Assembly (NCBI GenBank): GCA_964639675.1
Contig: CAZXEK010000041.1
Location: 1 to 50,570, forward strand
Direction: 5' to 3'
DNA: 50,570 nt
Source of the DNA: an uncultured Candidatus Saccharibacteria bacterium
GTDB lineage: Bacteria > Patescibacteriota > Minisyncoccia > Phycocordibacterales > UBA12445
The stretch's first letter is position 1. The number at the start of each line of letters is the position of its first letter. The position numbers were made by a program, and so were the translations under genes. Shown here one piece after another: positions 1-9,623 of the stretch. The notes beneath the pieces are model-generated. The model worked only from the letters and a program-made list of their open reading frames with translations. It was not told the DNA's origin and did no database searches.

Positions 1-23
1 GGGTCGATGCGGCACTTACTGTC

Positions 24-692
24 GTGCCTGCGGAGAGCATCTATGTTGCAATTCATATCGAGGATGACCTTTCCGGAAGTTACGATTTTATGCGGACAGA
101 GTATCCGGAGGTTAAGGCCTTTCCTGTAACACCATGGGGTAAGGTGGTGCAAGCGCCAAATGCACTCTTATGTAAAAGTGCAGAGCGGCAGACGAGTCAC
201 CTTCTATTTGCAAGCACTGAATATCCGGTCACTAAGTCGCTTGTATCACTACTAGAGAGGCACAGTGATGTACAAACACTTGTGGTTGGTGCTTGTCTTG
301 ACGCCCATGATTTTAAGGCATCACCGGGGAGGTCTATCTTAGTAGAGAGTGCCAGCGGTCTGCAGATTCCCTGGAATACCTGCGCTTTGTGGTCTATGGA
401 ACATCTTATTCATACCGGGTTTGTGCTTGCAGCAGACTCGCTGCATGACCCAAATAATGCCGGGATGGAAGAGATGGGAACTATCGCTGCTCAACAGATA
501 TTGTGGCCAGGTAAGGCATCCGCAAAGCTGGTTGCTACGAAACCAGGGGATCTCGTTCTAAATACTCATGGCTGGAACGTTGCGCGTCATGAGCGATATG
601 TACACAATCGAGATTCAAAGAGTGCTCGTTCTGCGGCGCAGTTGGGGCGTTTATTATTGCCTACCCCTGATGTGTATCATATAGGAAATTAG
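24..692 (+). CDS. hypothetical protein, possibly 5'-truncated by the window edge
   Basis: 222-codon ORF. The frame stays open back to base 3, so the true start may lie upstream. TAG stop at 690-692 is one base before the ABC exporter ATG (694), suggesting co-transcription. The first 60 nt of the window are 53% GC (counted) versus ~40% for the window overall. No motif recognised. Confidence 0.45.
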   Translation: MPAESIYVAIHIEDDLSGSYDFMRTEYPEVKAFPVTPWGKVVQAPNALLCKSAERQTSHLLFASTEYPVTKSLVSLLERHSDVQTLVVGACLDAHDFKASPGRSILVESASGLQIPWNTCALWSMEHLIHTGFVLAADSLHDPNNAGMEEMGTIAAQQILWPGKASAKLVATKPGDLVLNTHGWNVARHERYVHNRDSKSARSAAQLGRLLLPTPDVYHIGN

Positions 693-693
693 T

Positions 694-2478
694 ATGAAAA
701 ATTATACCAATAACTCTATTCAGTTACTCTATGAACTCACCAGCCGATGTAAATTCCAGATAGTGACTTTAGTTGTCCTCGGTTTTATCAGCGGTATTTT
801 AGATGGATTCGGTATCGGTATGTTAATACCAATACTCTCTATCTTTTTAGGCAATTTAGGGAGCTCTTCTGATTTTATCACATCAATAGTCAGACCATTT
901 TTCTATGCAATATCAGTTCCATTTACTCTACGATACATGTTCATGTTCATGGCCAGTTTGTTTGTCTTGAGAGCTGTGATACTAGCAATTTTTAGTTATC
1001 TAAGTTCTCGCATCAGTGCTAATTACTTAGAGAAAGAGATGAAGGAGACTTTATCTGCCGTGCTTAATTCCAAGTGGCCATTTTTAATTAGTCAAAAAGG
1101 AGGATATCTTCAAAATACACTCACGACAGATGTCCGGAAGAGTGTCAATATCATTGGTGGTATAGCTCAAGTTATTCAATCCCTTACAGCATTTTTTGTT
1201 TATCTATTTATTGCATTTAAGGTGTATCCACTTGTGACCCTGTTCACCTTCATTGCTGGCGGGTCACTTATGTTGTTGATCAGCCCTTTGATGAAAAAGA
1301 CACAGGCAATTAATAAGCGTACAAGCGCTGTTGACAAAGAGATGACGCATTACTTAAGTGAGCATATTGGAGGAGTAAAAATTATTAAAGCCTCTGGTCA
1401 AGAGGCGAATGCGATCGACCGTGGTGTTAAATATTTTCACACACTGGCTGACTTGTTTGTAAAAAACGTGGTTCTCCAGAGTGTCGGTACCATTTTTATG
1501 CAACCGTTTACTTTTGTTTTTATTATCATTGTCTTCGGATTTGCTTATAAGACAACTGGTTTTAATCTAGCAATCTTTGCAGCCACTATTTATTTAATCC
1601 AGAAGATTTTTGCTTATCTACAATCTACTCAAGGTGCGCTGCATTCAATATTTGAACTTTTACCGTATCTTGAGAATCTTTTTATTTTTAAAAATGAGGC
1701 AAGGCTTCACAAAGAGGAGCTTTCTACTGGTGGAAAGGAATTTATCTGCGAACGAGAAATAGCCCTTGAACATGTCTACTTTGGATACACAGATGGAAAT
1801 CCAATTTTGTCGGATGTCTCGTTCTCGATAAAAAAAGGAGAGACTGTTGGTTTAATTGGGCCCTCTGGCGCTGGCAAAACCTCAATAGCTGATCTCTTGC
1901 TACGTTTGTTTAGAGCACAGAGTGGCCAGATAGTTGTTGATGGAATCCATAGCGAGGATTCTTTTGAGCTTAAAAGTTGGCGAGATCGGATCGGATACGT
2001 GTCGCAAGATTATTTTTTGTTGCATGATAGTATTTCATTTAACATACGTTTCTATAACACAACATTGTCACAAATCGATATTGAGAATGCTGCACGGAAA
2101 GCACACATCTATGAGTTTATCGAAGGTCTCCCTCTTGGGTTTGATACGATAATTGGCGATAGAGGTATTATGTTATCTGGTGGCCAACGACAAAGAATTT
2201 TACTTGCACGTGCTATCGCAAAAAATCCAGAACTATTAATTCTCGACGAGGCAACAAGCGCTCTGGATAATGAATCGGAACTCTTGGTTCAGAAAGCGAT
2301 CAACGAACTCCATGGAAAAGTAACAGTATTTATTATTGCTCATCGCCTATCTACCATTATGAATGTAGATAAACTGCTGGTTTTAAGAGATGGGAAGATC
2401 GAAGAAGAGGGTAGACCACAGGATATGTTGCGTAATGAAGATTCGTATTTTTATAAGGTTAACAAAAGTTATTCTTAA
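694..2478 (+). CDS. ABC transporter, fused permease/ATP-binding protein (type I exporter, MsbA-like)
   Basis: 594 aa. N-terminal multi-TM domain followed by an NBD with Walker A GPSGAGKTS, ABC signature LSGGQRQR, Walker B LLILDEATSALD and H-loop IIAHRLST. Confidence 0.9.
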   Translation: MKNYTNNSIQLLYELTSRCKFQIVTLVVLGFISGILDGFGIGMLIPILSIFLGNLGSSSDFITSIVRPFFYAISVPFTLRYMFMFMASLFVLRAVILAIFSYLSSRISANYLEKEMKETLSAVLNSKWPFLISQKGGYLQNTLTTDVRKSVNIIGGIAQVIQSLTAFFVYLFIAFKVYPLVTLFTFIAGGSLMLLISPLMKKTQAINKRTSAVDKEMTHYLSEHIGGVKIIKASGQEANAIDRGVKYFHTLADLFVKNVVLQSVGTIFMQPFTFVFIIIVFGFAYKTTGFNLAIFAATIYLIQKIFAYLQSTQGALHSIFELLPYLENLFIFKNEARLHKEELSTGGKEFICEREIALEHVYFGYTDGNPILSDVSFSIKKGETVGLIGPSGAGKTSIADLLLRLFRAQSGQIVVDGIHSEDSFELKSWRDRIGYVSQDYFLLHDSISFNIRFYNTTLSQIDIENAARKAHIYEFIEGLPLGFDTIIGDRGIMLSGGQRQRILLARAIAKNPELLILDEATSALDNESELLVQKAINELHGKVTVFIIAHRLSTIMNVDKLLVLRDGKIEEEGRPQDMLRNEDSYFYKVNKSYS

Positions 2479-2575
2479 TCTTGACTCCGATAGATGTATT
2501 GTTTACCATCAACTAAAATGGGTTCTTTGATTTAACTAGAATGTATTTTTTTTCGTGGCGGTCAGGAGGTGCAGG

Positions 2576-4078
2576 GTGAGTAAAGTAATTCCCGAGAGAA
2601 TTTGTCTTATCATCCCTCCGTCTATATTTCTTTTAGACGAGAGGGTGTTTATGAGTCTAGGAATTCTGAAAGTTGCTGCGGCATTGGAGCGTATGGGTAG
2701 TAAGGTTGAGATGTTAGATTTGTCTGGTGTCTCAAATTATTTAGATGTTGTTAGAGCTCATGTTAAAGATTCAAGATCAGAGATCTTTGGTATAACTGCT
2801 ACCACACCCTTGATGCCGGCAGCTACGGAAATTTTTAATTCGATCAGGAGTGTCAAGCCGAAATCCAAGGTCATTCTTGGTGGTCCACATATCACGCTCG
2901 TTAACGCTGCTTATAAGAAAGAAATTAAGAATGGAATTGTGGGCAGAGCTGTCCAGGCTATGCGTCAAGCTGAGGAGATGTTTGATGTTTTAGTTGCTGG
3001 CGACGGAGAGGAGTCAATATTTTTTGCCTGCGATCCCAATGCCCCAAAACTTGTTGATGCTGATGATACTAGGTCCAGTCTATTTTTGAGCAACGCGATG
3101 CTTACGGGATTACCATTTCCAGCTAGGCACTTAGTGGATGTTTCAAGTTATCATTACTCGATTGAAGGCATTTCAGCGCTTTCGCTAATTGCCCAACTTG
3201 GTTGTCCCTTTGGTTGTGGTTTTTGTGGCGGTAGAGAGTCGCCCATGCTTAGAAAGATCAGAACTAGAACTTCAGAGAATATTGTTGAAGAGATGGTCTA
3301 TCTATATGAAGCTTATGGAGTTAGGGGATTTATGATGTACGATGATGAACTTAATGTTAACAAGAAAATGATTGAGTTGATGAATCTGATTGCTAGAACA
3401 CAGAGAAATCTAGGTGTAGAATGGCGCTTGCGTGGTTTTATCAAAGCTCAACTTTTTACTGATGAGCAGGCTAAGGCTATGCACGAAGCAGGTTTTCGGT
3501 GGATTCTTACTGGTTTTGAGTCTGGCTCTCCTCGAATTTTGGAAAATATAAACAAGCAAGCAGATGAGAGCGAAAATACACGTTGTGTAGATATCGCCAA
3601 GCGCCATAATTTGAAGGTTAAGGCACTGATGTCTATTGGTCATCCGGGAGAGACAAGAAAGACAATTAAGGACACTGTAAATTGGTTGCTTCGAGTTAAA
3701 CCGGAAGATTTCGATGTTACTATAATTACTTGCTACCCAGGAACTCCCTATTATGATGAGGCGCTATTAGACAAAGATAGATCAGGTGTCTACACTTATA
3801 CTTATAAAAGAACTGGAGACAGACTTCACCAATATGAGGTAGATTATACAATCGTTGCTGATTATTATAAGGGTGACCCTGATGGTGGCTATAAGGCATA
3901 TGTTTTTACTGATACTTTGTCTTCTGAAGATTTAGTCAGCGAACGAGACGCAGCAGAAAAGACTGTCAGAGAGATTCTCAGAATACCCTACAATCAAGGT
4001 TCTCCGGCTATTAGATATGAGCATTCTATGGGTCAGATGAGCAGTATTCCTTCCAATATTCTTAAGATTTCGTCTTAG
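2576..4078 (+). CDS. B12-binding-domain radical SAM protein
   Basis: CPFGCGFCGG matches the CxxxCxxC radical SAM cluster motif. N-terminal Rossmann-like B12-type domain (ICLIIPPS, VLVAGDGEE). AGGAGG at 2564-2569 lies 6 nt before GTG 2576. The ORF-track GTG 2555 is an in-frame alternative start. Confidence 0.85.
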   Translation: MSKVIPERICLIIPPSIFLLDERVFMSLGILKVAAALERMGSKVEMLDLSGVSNYLDVVRAHVKDSRSEIFGITATTPLMPAATEIFNSIRSVKPKSKVILGGPHITLVNAAYKKEIKNGIVGRAVQAMRQAEEMFDVLVAGDGEESIFFACDPNAPKLVDADDTRSSLFLSNAMLTGLPFPARHLVDVSSYHYSIEGISALSLIAQLGCPFGCGFCGGRESPMLRKIRTRTSENIVEEMVYLYEAYGVRGFMMYDDELNVNKKMIELMNLIARTQRNLGVEWRLRGFIKAQLFTDEQAKAMHEAGFRWILTGFESGSPRILENINKQADESENTRCVDIAKRHNLKVKALMSIGHPGETRKTIKDTVNWLLRVKPEDFDVTIITCYPGTPYYDEALLDKDRSGVYTYTYKRTGDRLHQYEVDYTIVADYYKGDPDGGYKAYVFTDTLSSEDLVSERDAAEKTVREILRIPYNQGSPAIRYEHSMGQMSSIPSNILKISS

Positions 4079-4083
4079 TGGAT

Positions 4084-4116
4084 ATCCTCTAACTTTTTGT
4101 TAGGGGATTTTATTTT
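4084..4116 (+). terminator. rho-independent terminator after the radical SAM gene
   Basis: 10-bp stem pairs 4084-4093 with 4099-4108 (one G-U), loop ttttt, then a T-run. Confidence 0.7.
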
Positions 4117-4168
4117 GGCAAAAAATTATTTCTTAAAACCAAAAGACAGTAAACAGTAGTCGGCAATA

Positions 4169-4196
4169 TTGACCACAGTCGCTACTGTGTTATATT
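4169..4196 (+). promoter_or_regulatory. sigma-70-type promoter TTGACC-16-TGtTATATT; ATG 4204 lies 7 nt after the -10
   Basis: TTGACC at 4169-4174 and TATATT at 4191-4196 with TG at 4188-4189. No room for an SD site. Confidence 0.6.
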
Positions 4197-4203
4197 TGTT
4201 CTC

Positions 4204-6294
4204 ATGCAAATTGATAAAATTTTGAGGAATATAATTTTGGTCGGCGTATGGTTGATACCGTTTATACCCCTCTATGTCGCCGATGGAATGTTTTTCCCGT
4301 TCATTACGGGGAAGAATTTCACTTTTAGAATACTTGTGGAGATAGTTGTAGCTCTCTGGGCTGTTCTAGTTATATATGATAGGAGTTATGCTCCGAAGAG
4401 GTCTCTGGTATTTTATTCTGTAGTGGCCTTTTTAGCTATTATGACCATTGCCGATATTTTTGGTGCCAACTTTTACAGAAGCTTCTGGTCAAATTATGAG
4501 AGGATGGAGGGGTTAGTGGCTCTGATTCATATGTTCGGCTATTTCATCGTTCTAGGTTCAGTGCTTAATACTGAGAAGCTTTGGGATCGGTATTTTAAAA
4601 CAATTTTGGGTGTAGGAGTATTGATAGTGCTGTTTGTTTTTGGTCAGCTTGTGGGTTTTTTTGGTATTAATCAAGGATCGTTCCGAGTCGATGCCACCTT
4701 TGGAAACTCCACCTACCTAGCTGTCCATATGCTCTTCTTGGCGTTTATTGCCAGTTTTTATTATTTCAGAAATAAAGAGGTTGGTGTTTGGAAAAGTAAA
4801 TTGAGTTATCTTTTTTTGACTTTGGCCTACCTTTTTGTTCTCTATAAAACTGCTACTAGGGGCGCACTTATTGGGCTTGTTTGCGGTGTTTTGGTTACGG
4901 TGGTTATTTTAAGTTATTTTGGTGGTAAAAAAATAAAAAAAATCTCCGCTGTCTTTATATTCTCATTCCTTTTCCTTGGCGGCATTTTTTATATGGCCCG
5001 CGATTCAGCATTTATAAAAAATAGTCAGACCCTGAATCGTTTTACTCAGATAAATTTTGAGAGTATAAGTAAAGAGCCTCGACTTATGGTCTGGGGGATG
5101 GCTCTTAAGGGTTTTAAAGAGCGTCCAGTGCTTGGCTGGGGTCAGGATAATTTCAATCTGGTTTTCAACAAATATTATAATCCAGGGATGTATGGCCAAG
5201 AACCTTGGTTCGACAGAGCCCACGACGTATTTTTCGACTGGCTGACAGCTGGTGGTCTCTTGGGATTATTGGCCTATCTTTCTATCTTTGCTGTGGCTAT
5301 CTTTGTGGTTTGGAAAAGGTCAGAACTTCTCAATTTTAACTTAGTGGACAAGGCCATTTTTACAGGCATGTTTGTGGCCTATTTCATCCAGAACATTTTT
5401 GTTTTTGACAACCTAATGAGCTACACAATGTTCTTCACTTTACTTGCCTATCTTCACTATGGAAGCAAGATTACAGAGCCATCACATCAGGTGCACAATA
5501 AGACCACTAGCAATAGTTCTGACGATCTATTTTTTGTCCAAGCCATATCATCAATTATTTTAATTTCTCTAATGGCTTCGATCTATTTTATAAATATAAA
5601 ACCAATTCTTGCATCTCGCGCTTTAATAGGTGCTCTATCTTCTCAAGACTTAAAACAAGGGCTTGCTTATTTTAAGCAAGCTCTCTCTTATAAGTCTTTT
5701 GGCAGTGCTGAGGCAAGAGAGCAGTTGGTGCAGAGGTCGGCTAATCTTCGTGGAGCTAATGTCGATAATAACCTAAAGCTTGAATACTTTAATTTAGCTA
5801 AAGATGAGATGCAGAAGCAGGTAGACAGTGCTCCCGATGACGCTAGGTATAGGGTGTTTATGACGACCTTGTTTGGTGCCTACGGTTTTGGAGACGATGC
5901 TTTCGTGCAGGCCAAGAAGGCCAGCGAACTATCGCCAAATAAACAGACAATTCTTTTCCAGTTGATTTCTGCTTATATCAATAAAAAAGATTATGATAAA
6001 GCATTCGATCTGGCCAAGTATGCTTATGATTTAGACCCTAAATTTTACGAAGCAGAGAAGGCTTACGCTATAGTTTCGATTTATGCTAATAAGAATGGCA
6101 GTAAAGATATACAAAACATAATAAATAGTTCCACTAATTCGGATTTTCATCTTCAGGTTGCTGCAGCTTATTTAGCCGTTGGTCAGCGGGCCAAGTCCAT
6201 CGAAGAACTTAAGCTTGTTATAAAACTTAAGCCAGAATTTAAACAGACTGGAGAACGTTTTATAAGTGAAATACGGGCCGGTAGAAATCCTTAA
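4204..6294 (+). CDS. O-antigen ligase (Wzy_C)-like polytopic membrane protein with C-terminal TPR-like domain
   Basis: 696 aa. Many hydrophobic helices, a Wzy_C-like loop (YKTATRGALIGL) and a C-terminal soluble helical-repeat region (KKDYDKAFDLAKYAYDLDP). Promoter lies directly upstream. Confidence 0.75.
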   Translation: MQIDKILRNIILVGVWLIPFIPLYVADGMFFPFITGKNFTFRILVEIVVALWAVLVIYDRSYAPKRSLVFYSVVAFLAIMTIADIFGANFYRSFWSNYERMEGLVALIHMFGYFIVLGSVLNTEKLWDRYFKTILGVGVLIVLFVFGQLVGFFGINQGSFRVDATFGNSTYLAVHMLFLAFIASFYYFRNKEVGVWKSKLSYLFLTLAYLFVLYKTATRGALIGLVCGVLVTVVILSYFGGKKIKKISAVFIFSFLFLGGIFYMARDSAFIKNSQTLNRFTQINFESISKEPRLMVWGMALKGFKERPVLGWGQDNFNLVFNKYYNPGMYGQEPWFDRAHDVFFDWLTAGGLLGLLAYLSIFAVAIFVVWKRSELLNFNLVDKAIFTGMFVAYFIQNIFVFDNLMSYTMFFTLLAYLHYGSKITEPSHQVHNKTTSNSSDDLFFVQAISSIILISLMASIYFINIKPILASRALIGALSSQDLKQGLAYFKQALSYKSFGSAEAREQLVQRSANLRGANVDNNLKLEYFNLAKDEMQKQVDSAPDDARYRVFMTTLFGAYGFGDDAFVQAKKASELSPNKQTILFQLISAYINKKDYDKAFDLAKYAYDLDPKFYEAEKAYAIVSIYANKNGSKDIQNIINSSTNSDFHLQVAAAYLAVGQRAKSIEELKLVIKLKPEFKQTGERFISEIRAGRNP

Positions 6295-6296
6295 AT

Positions 6297-7730
6297 ATGA
6301 TAAAAATTATATTCTTTATCCCTTTATTTTTGTCTTTTTTTGTGCCCCTAGATTCTTTCGCTAAAGTCTTCATCAATGAAGTTGCCTGGATGGGTAATGA
6401 TAAGAGTCAGTATGGTGAATGGATCGAACTTTATAACGATGCGCCAGTACGAGTTGATCTCAAGGATGTCACACTTTACGAAGATGGTGGTAAAACTTTA
6501 GTCATTAAACTTACAAAATTTATTGAGCCGAATGGTTATTACCTAATTGCCCGCTCGACTCCCTCTATGCCAGATCCGGTAGGTGGTTTGGCTGATGATC
6601 TTGGATCTTTTGGCGGCGGGGGTTTAAGTAACTCTGGAGAATATCTGATACTCAAGTCGGCTAGTGGTGAGGTTCTCGATGAAGTCGATGCGCACTTGGG
6701 TTGGCCAGCGGGAGACCCAGAGAGGAAGCTTACCATGCAGAGATCGTCTAATGGTTCTGGTGCCTTGACCGTGACAGGTTGGGTTACTGCTACAGGTACA
6801 CCTCGCGCTGCTAATTCTTCGGTAACTGTTACAGTGGTCGATTCTCCAGCCAAAATTTTAAATAATGAAATTTTTGTGTCACTTTCTTCTCACTCCAGTC
6901 AGACCGATATTTCTGATAAGAGAGAAGATAAAAAAATTTTTGCTAACGCTGGGCGAGACAGACTTACACTTACAGGTACCCCAATAATTTTTGAACAGAA
7001 ACTTTTTGATAATAAATCAGAGGAGGTGGATGGAGGTAACGCTTCTTGGTCATTTGGCGATGGTCAGTCCGCTGAGGGGAAAACCGTCTCCCATGCCTAC
7101 AAATTTCCAGGTGAATATGTTGTGATCATGAATGTTCTAAGGAGTACTCAAAACTATGTGGCCAGAACTAACGTTAGGGTTGTAGCACCAGATCTAGAGA
7201 TTACAAGCCTTAGATCAGATTTTGTAAAAATTAAAAACAGTTCTGTTTATGAGGCGAATTTAGGAGGGTGGCAGTTGGCTTCAGGACAACCTAGTTTTAC
7301 TTTTCCTAAAGATACGATTATTTTACCAAAAAAGGAGGTAGCTTTTTCAAGGGAGGTGACCGGTTTAGATGGTGGCATCTTAGAACTTCGACTCATCTCT
7401 CCCACCAGAGATATCATTTCGACTTTTTTACCGAAAAAGGAACCCAAGATTGAATCTGAAATTTTATTGAAAACAGACCTTGCAACTAGCAGTCGAGCTG
7501 TTTCTAAGGAGTTTTTGTTAAACTCAGAGCAGAGGCTTTTAGAAGCAAGAGGAGATCTAGCAAAACTACTTGTACTTGGGAGTTCAACTTCCAAGTCTGC
7601 CAAGACTAAGGTAACGACGTCTCAGGCACAACAGGAGATCGTTCAAGTTATAGAAAAACCAGGGTCACTTTTAAAGATATTACTTGATCTACCAGTTATG
7701 AGTTTTCGTTATATCAGAGCACTGTTTTAG
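6297..7730 (+). CDS. secreted lamin-tail-domain (LTD) / PKD-repeat protein
   Basis: 477 aa with a signal peptide (IIFFIPLFLSFFVPLDSFA). LTD signature VFINEVAWMG..YGEWIELYN, PKD-like repeat WSFGDGQSAEGKTVSHAYKFPGEYVV, and a second LTD-like block (LEITSL..VKIKNSS..NLGGWQL). Confidence 0.75.
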   Translation: MIKIIFFIPLFLSFFVPLDSFAKVFINEVAWMGNDKSQYGEWIELYNDAPVRVDLKDVTLYEDGGKTLVIKLTKFIEPNGYYLIARSTPSMPDPVGGLADDLGSFGGGGLSNSGEYLILKSASGEVLDEVDAHLGWPAGDPERKLTMQRSSNGSGALTVTGWVTATGTPRAANSSVTVTVVDSPAKILNNEIFVSLSSHSSQTDISDKREDKKIFANAGRDRLTLTGTPIIFEQKLFDNKSEEVDGGNASWSFGDGQSAEGKTVSHAYKFPGEYVVIMNVLRSTQNYVARTNVRVVAPDLEITSLRSDFVKIKNSSVYEANLGGWQLASGQPSFTFPKDTIILPKKEVAFSREVTGLDGGILELRLISPTRDIISTFLPKKEPKIESEILLKTDLATSSRAVSKEFLLNSEQRLLEARGDLAKLLVLGSSTSKSAKTKVTTSQAQQEIVQVIEKPGSLLKILLDLPVMSFRYIRALF

Positions 7731-7796
7731 GTCTCATTAAAAAAGCGCCAGAGATTTTACCCTGACGCGCCATTTTATAAAGATCAGCCTAGTTGC

Positions 7797-8249
7797 TTAG
7801 TCCTCCCAGTAGATCCGATCTTCCAGTTTTATATTGCCTTCTCTAAGAACTCTACAGTTCACGCCACCGCGCCAGTCTATTTTTAGTGCATTTTTCAAGC
7901 CGTTGTAGGCTTCATCCATCCTTTTGCAAGGGGCAGTCTCTCCTGTGATTTCAACTAGTAGATGTTTACCGATGCGCATTTTCTTACCCACATCGCCTGG
8001 TCCGAATGCGCACCCGAAAACTAACAGGTTTGATCGGCGGAGAGTCCAGGGTATTTCAGTTTTAATTTCTGCGCAAGCTTCTGTCCACTGGTAGTTCGAT
8101 AGGATCGTTACCTGTCTTAATCTTTTTCCTGGTTTTGCACCTCGATAGTCTCCTGTTACTCCAGCCTCTATCGAAACTAGGGCGTCTGTGAGTTCTTCCA
8201 TTGGAGCTCGCTTTTCCCTCTTAATTGCAATTCCAATTAATTTGGCCAT
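7797..8249 (-). CDS. MOSC domain-containing protein
   Basis: 150 aa with a MOSC-type pattern (GVTGDYRG, LRRSNLLV, ITGETAPCKRMD, GGVNCRVL). AAGGAG lies upstream of the ATG. Confidence 0.8.
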   Translation of the reverse strand: MAKLIGIAIKREKRAPMEELTDALVSIEAGVTGDYRGAKPGKRLRQVTILSNYQWTEACAEIKTEIPWTLRRSNLLVFGCAFGPGDVGKKMRIGKHLLVEITGETAPCKRMDEAYNGLKNALKIDWRGGVNCRVLREGNIKLEDRIYWED

Positions 8250-8336
8250 TTCGTTTTTAACTCCTTTGTTTTTTTTATTAACGTACTATAGGTTTCACTT
8301 AACCTATCATTATTTAGATCCTCGGTCAAACAAATT

Positions 8337-8400
8337 TTTTTATCGCGAATTTCCCCTATGACCCTCCGCAGGAAAAGTGATTTTAGGCTGGAGTGTTTGG
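8337..8400 (-). repeat. intergenic repeat family 1, copy A (5' half plus core, reverse orientation)
   Basis: The reverse complement reads ccaaacactccagcctaaaatcacttttcctgcggagggtcataggggaaattcgcgataaaa, about 85% identical to 9641-9703. Confidence 0.7.
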
Positions 8401-8430
8401 GATTTAGGGCATTAAGGCGACCTCTGAGCG

Positions 8431-8439
8431 TGGTATAAT
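8431..8439 (+). promoter_or_regulatory. extended -10 (TGgTATAAT); ATG 8447 lies 7 nt downstream
   Basis: TATAAT at 8434-8439, spacer atctaat, then the ATG of the UDG gene. Confidence 0.55.
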
Positions 8440-8446
8440 ATCTAAT

Positions 8447-9103
8447 ATGACAGAGCTAGAGAAGAGATCTGTAGCAATGGAAAAGGTTAGAGACGAGCTT
8501 CTAGTATTTAAAAAGTCTCCACTCTATAAATTTAGACAGGATAATAAATATTTTCCGGTTTTAGGTGAGGGGAGTCACTTAGCTAAGATAATGTTTGTGG
8601 GCGAGGCTCCTGGTCAGAACGAAGCTATTCAAGGCAGGCCTTTTTGTGGTCGTTCTGGAATGCTTCTAGACGAGTTGTTAAAATCGGCTGGTATAAAAAG
8701 AGAGGATGTTTACATCACAAATATTGTTAAAGATCGTCCGCCTGAAAATCGTGATCCGATAGCGGAAGAGAAGGCACTCTACGCTCCATTCTTAGATCGG
8801 CAGATTGAGATTATAAAGCCAAAGGTGGTGGCCACATTGGGGCGTCATGCTATGGAATATATCATGGATAGATTCGGTCTTGGAGCTAGTATGGAACCGA
8901 TATCGAAAGCTCATGGCAAAGTTTTTGAAGCTGAGCTGTCCTATGGCCAAGTCTATGTTGTATCGCTCTATCATCCCGCGGTCGCAATTTACAATGCTAA
9001 TAAAAAACCGATTCTTATAAAAGATTTTAGAGTTATAAAAAAGTTGTTGTTGGCGGAAGACTTTAAAAAGATTATATCTTCTAGGCGAAGAGGGAGGACT
9101 TAG
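8447..9103 (+). CDS. uracil-DNA glycosylase, family 4
   Basis: 218 aa with family-4 UDG motifs GEAPGQNE, FCGRSG and the C-terminal SLYHPAVAIYN. Confidence 0.9.
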   Translation: MTELEKRSVAMEKVRDELLVFKKSPLYKFRQDNKYFPVLGEGSHLAKIMFVGEAPGQNEAIQGRPFCGRSGMLLDELLKSAGIKREDVYITNIVKDRPPENRDPIAEEKALYAPFLDRQIEIIKPKVVATLGRHAMEYIMDRFGLGASMEPISKAHGKVFEAELSYGQVYVVSLYHPAVAIYNANKKPILIKDFRVIKKLLLAEDFKKIISSRRRGRT

Positions 9104-9121
9104 AGGGTAAGAGCTCTTTTA

Positions 9122-9152
9122 GCCCGGTCTGCTATCCGGGTCTTTTATTTTT
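9122..9152 (+). terminator. terminator after the UDG gene
   Basis: Stem cccgg/ccggg (9123-9127 with 9136-9140), followed by tcttttattttt. Confidence 0.6.
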
Positions 9153-9160
9153 GTAAAAAC

Positions 9161-9193
9161 AAAACTCCTCCGACATTATGCCGGAGGAGTTTT
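9161..9193. terminator. bidirectional terminator (serves cspA on the minus strand)
   Basis: 12-bp stem aaaactcctccg/cggaggagtttt, flanked by A-runs and T-runs on both sides. Confidence 0.7.
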
Positions 9194-9207
9194 GTTTAAA
9201 GGGAGCC

Positions 9208-9408
9208 TTATGCTCGCTGTACGTTTACAGCAGCTGGACCCTTAGGAGTTTGCTCTGTATCAAAAGATACGGAATCACCTTCGTGAAGTTCAGTAAACTG
9301 AACGCCATTTAGAGAGTTGCTATGAAAGAATAAATCTTTCGATAGGCCCTCAGCGGTGATGAAACCGAAACCTTTGTCAGAGATCAATTTCTTAATTGTT
9401 CCTGTCAT
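9208..9408 (-). CDS. cspA: cold-shock protein (CSD)
   Basis: 66 aa with cold-shock domain RNP motifs KGFGFI and DLFFH. Confidence 0.95.
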   Translation of the reverse strand: MTGTIKKLISDKGFGFITAEGLSKDLFFHSNSLNGVQFTELHEGDSVSFDTEQTPKGPAAVNVQRA

Positions 9409-9577
9409 CGATTTGAAATACTAATAAATAAAATACAAAAGATAGATATGATACTACGAGCCCGTTGAAGATCTCATCGCGAAGTCAGAATTTGGAAGAT
9501 TCTAGCTAGGTATGAGATTTTCAACAGGCTCTAAAAACTCGACTCTTTTTAGAACCACAACTCTTTTTGTACCCTAT

Positions 9578-9606
9578 AAGGTAGCAGATAGCGATCTTCT
9601 TGTCAA
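9578..9606 (-). promoter_or_regulatory. candidate cspA promoter TTGACA-17-TACCTT, giving a ~160-nt 5'UTR
   Basis: On the minus strand the -35 TTGACA lies at 9606-9601 and the -10 TACCTT at 9583-9578. The cspA ATG is at 9408. Confidence 0.45.
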
Positions 9607-9623
9607 GCAGCGGCAGCAGCAAG

